Shown: positions 63,193 through 64,000 of the stretch, piece by piece
Numbering within the stretch: the stretch's first letter is position 1
Layout: every line of letters begins with the position of its first letter
Assembly: GCA_026770705.1 (NCBI GenBank)
Contig: JANJGN010000006.1
Span: 44,020,001 to 44,084,000 of the forward strand
Source of the DNA: Isurus oxyrinchus
Lineage: Eukaryota
Reading direction: 5' to 3'
Length of the DNA: 64,000 nt
Program-made: the position numbers and the translations under genes
The notes under the pieces: generated by a model
The model's database searches: none
Told to the model about the DNA's origin: nothing
The model's input: only the letters and a program-made list of their open reading frames with translations

Positions 63193-63973
63193 GGGTGGAA
63201 TGGGTCCACATTTGCACTAATTACAGTAGCGGGTGGGGAAAATGACGTTTTACCCGTTGGCTGCAATGGCGGCTTCTAACACTGTATCTTCGCAAACGCG
63301 TCACGTTAATTATGTATTCCTGGGAAACATGACGTTTCCATGGCGGGCAGCTTTGCTTCACCTGCCACGCCGTCACCTCGCCGCTTCATCAGGCTGGGCA
63401 CCATATTTAAAGTGCAGCCGCATACACACCGCTTAGTGCTTACAGCCCAGGACTGTTGCATGGAGGACAGGATGGCCCCAAAAGACAAAAATACTGCAGC
63501 CACCGGTTTATTGATATGTCCCTCGACTGCCTTTTGAACACAGTGGAGGTCTGCTTTAATGTCCTCTACTCCCACTCTGGCTGCAGTGGAGACAGCAGCA
63601 TCACCAATCCAGCATGGGAGGCAGTGGCAGAGGTGGTCAGCACCAATGCCCTGCAAAGAGGAGAGCCACCCAGTGCCACAAGATGATGAATCGTCTCCAT
63701 TGTTCCTCAAGGGTAAGTCACTAATCTCATCACTCTCAACTCACACACTCACAAACCCATCATACATCCACAGGGCCCTCACTGACTGCCAGTGCAAGGG
63801 GCATCACCATTCACTCTTTCACACACACCGTCATTGTCCTCATCCCGTCCACGGGACCACCCACCACCCACACATGCTGGGCATACTTATCATCTGGCCC
63901 GGCAGGAGTTCCACTTACACTCTCTCCATCTCTATTCATGCAGGACAAGCTAGCACACAACAACAGGGAGAGG
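63193..63973 (+). mobile_element. Harbinger end with a spliced Myb/SANT-like gene remnant
   Basis: TATA-like tatttaaa at ~63403; ATG at 63472 (MAPKDK..NPAWEAVAEVVSTNAL); donor gtaagt at 63713; acceptor cag at 63943, then DKLAHNNRER. Confidence 0.75.
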
Positions 63974-64000
63974 TAAAGGCAAAATATTGCAGATGCTGGA

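Noticed and set aside
1-64000. CRISPR arrays, operons or a prokaryotic defence system; miR-206/miR-133 hairpins
   Set aside because: The DNA is eukaryotic and repeat-rich with no repeat-spacer array, and I did not see the mature miRNA sequences on either strand.

Overview
This is repeat-rich vertebrate DNA, most likely from a shark or other cartilaginous fish (inferred from the repeat families). It contains no intact host gene. Most of it is decayed mobile DNA: CR1 and HER1-type LINEs, L2, RTE, Penelope-like elements, three Gypsy LTR elements (one with the Gmr1-type integrase-before-RT order), solo LTRs, and PIF/Harbinger transposons with their MITEs. The main result lies in the islands of unique DNA between those insertions. 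Read on the + strand with frameshifts allowed, about 18 islands from ~0.9 kb to ~53.3 kb give a strictly collinear, heavily mutated copy of PKHD1 (fibrocystin), roughly aa 500-2950 of the human protein, including IPT/TIG repeats and both G8 domains. At several expected exon junctions the exons are almost contiguous, and two of them are separated by only 19-24 nt GT...AG remnants. This points to a long-dead, originally compact PKHD1 gene later inflated by transposons. All alignments were made by eye against the human sequence recalled from memory and need computational confirmation. Many coordinates are approximate.
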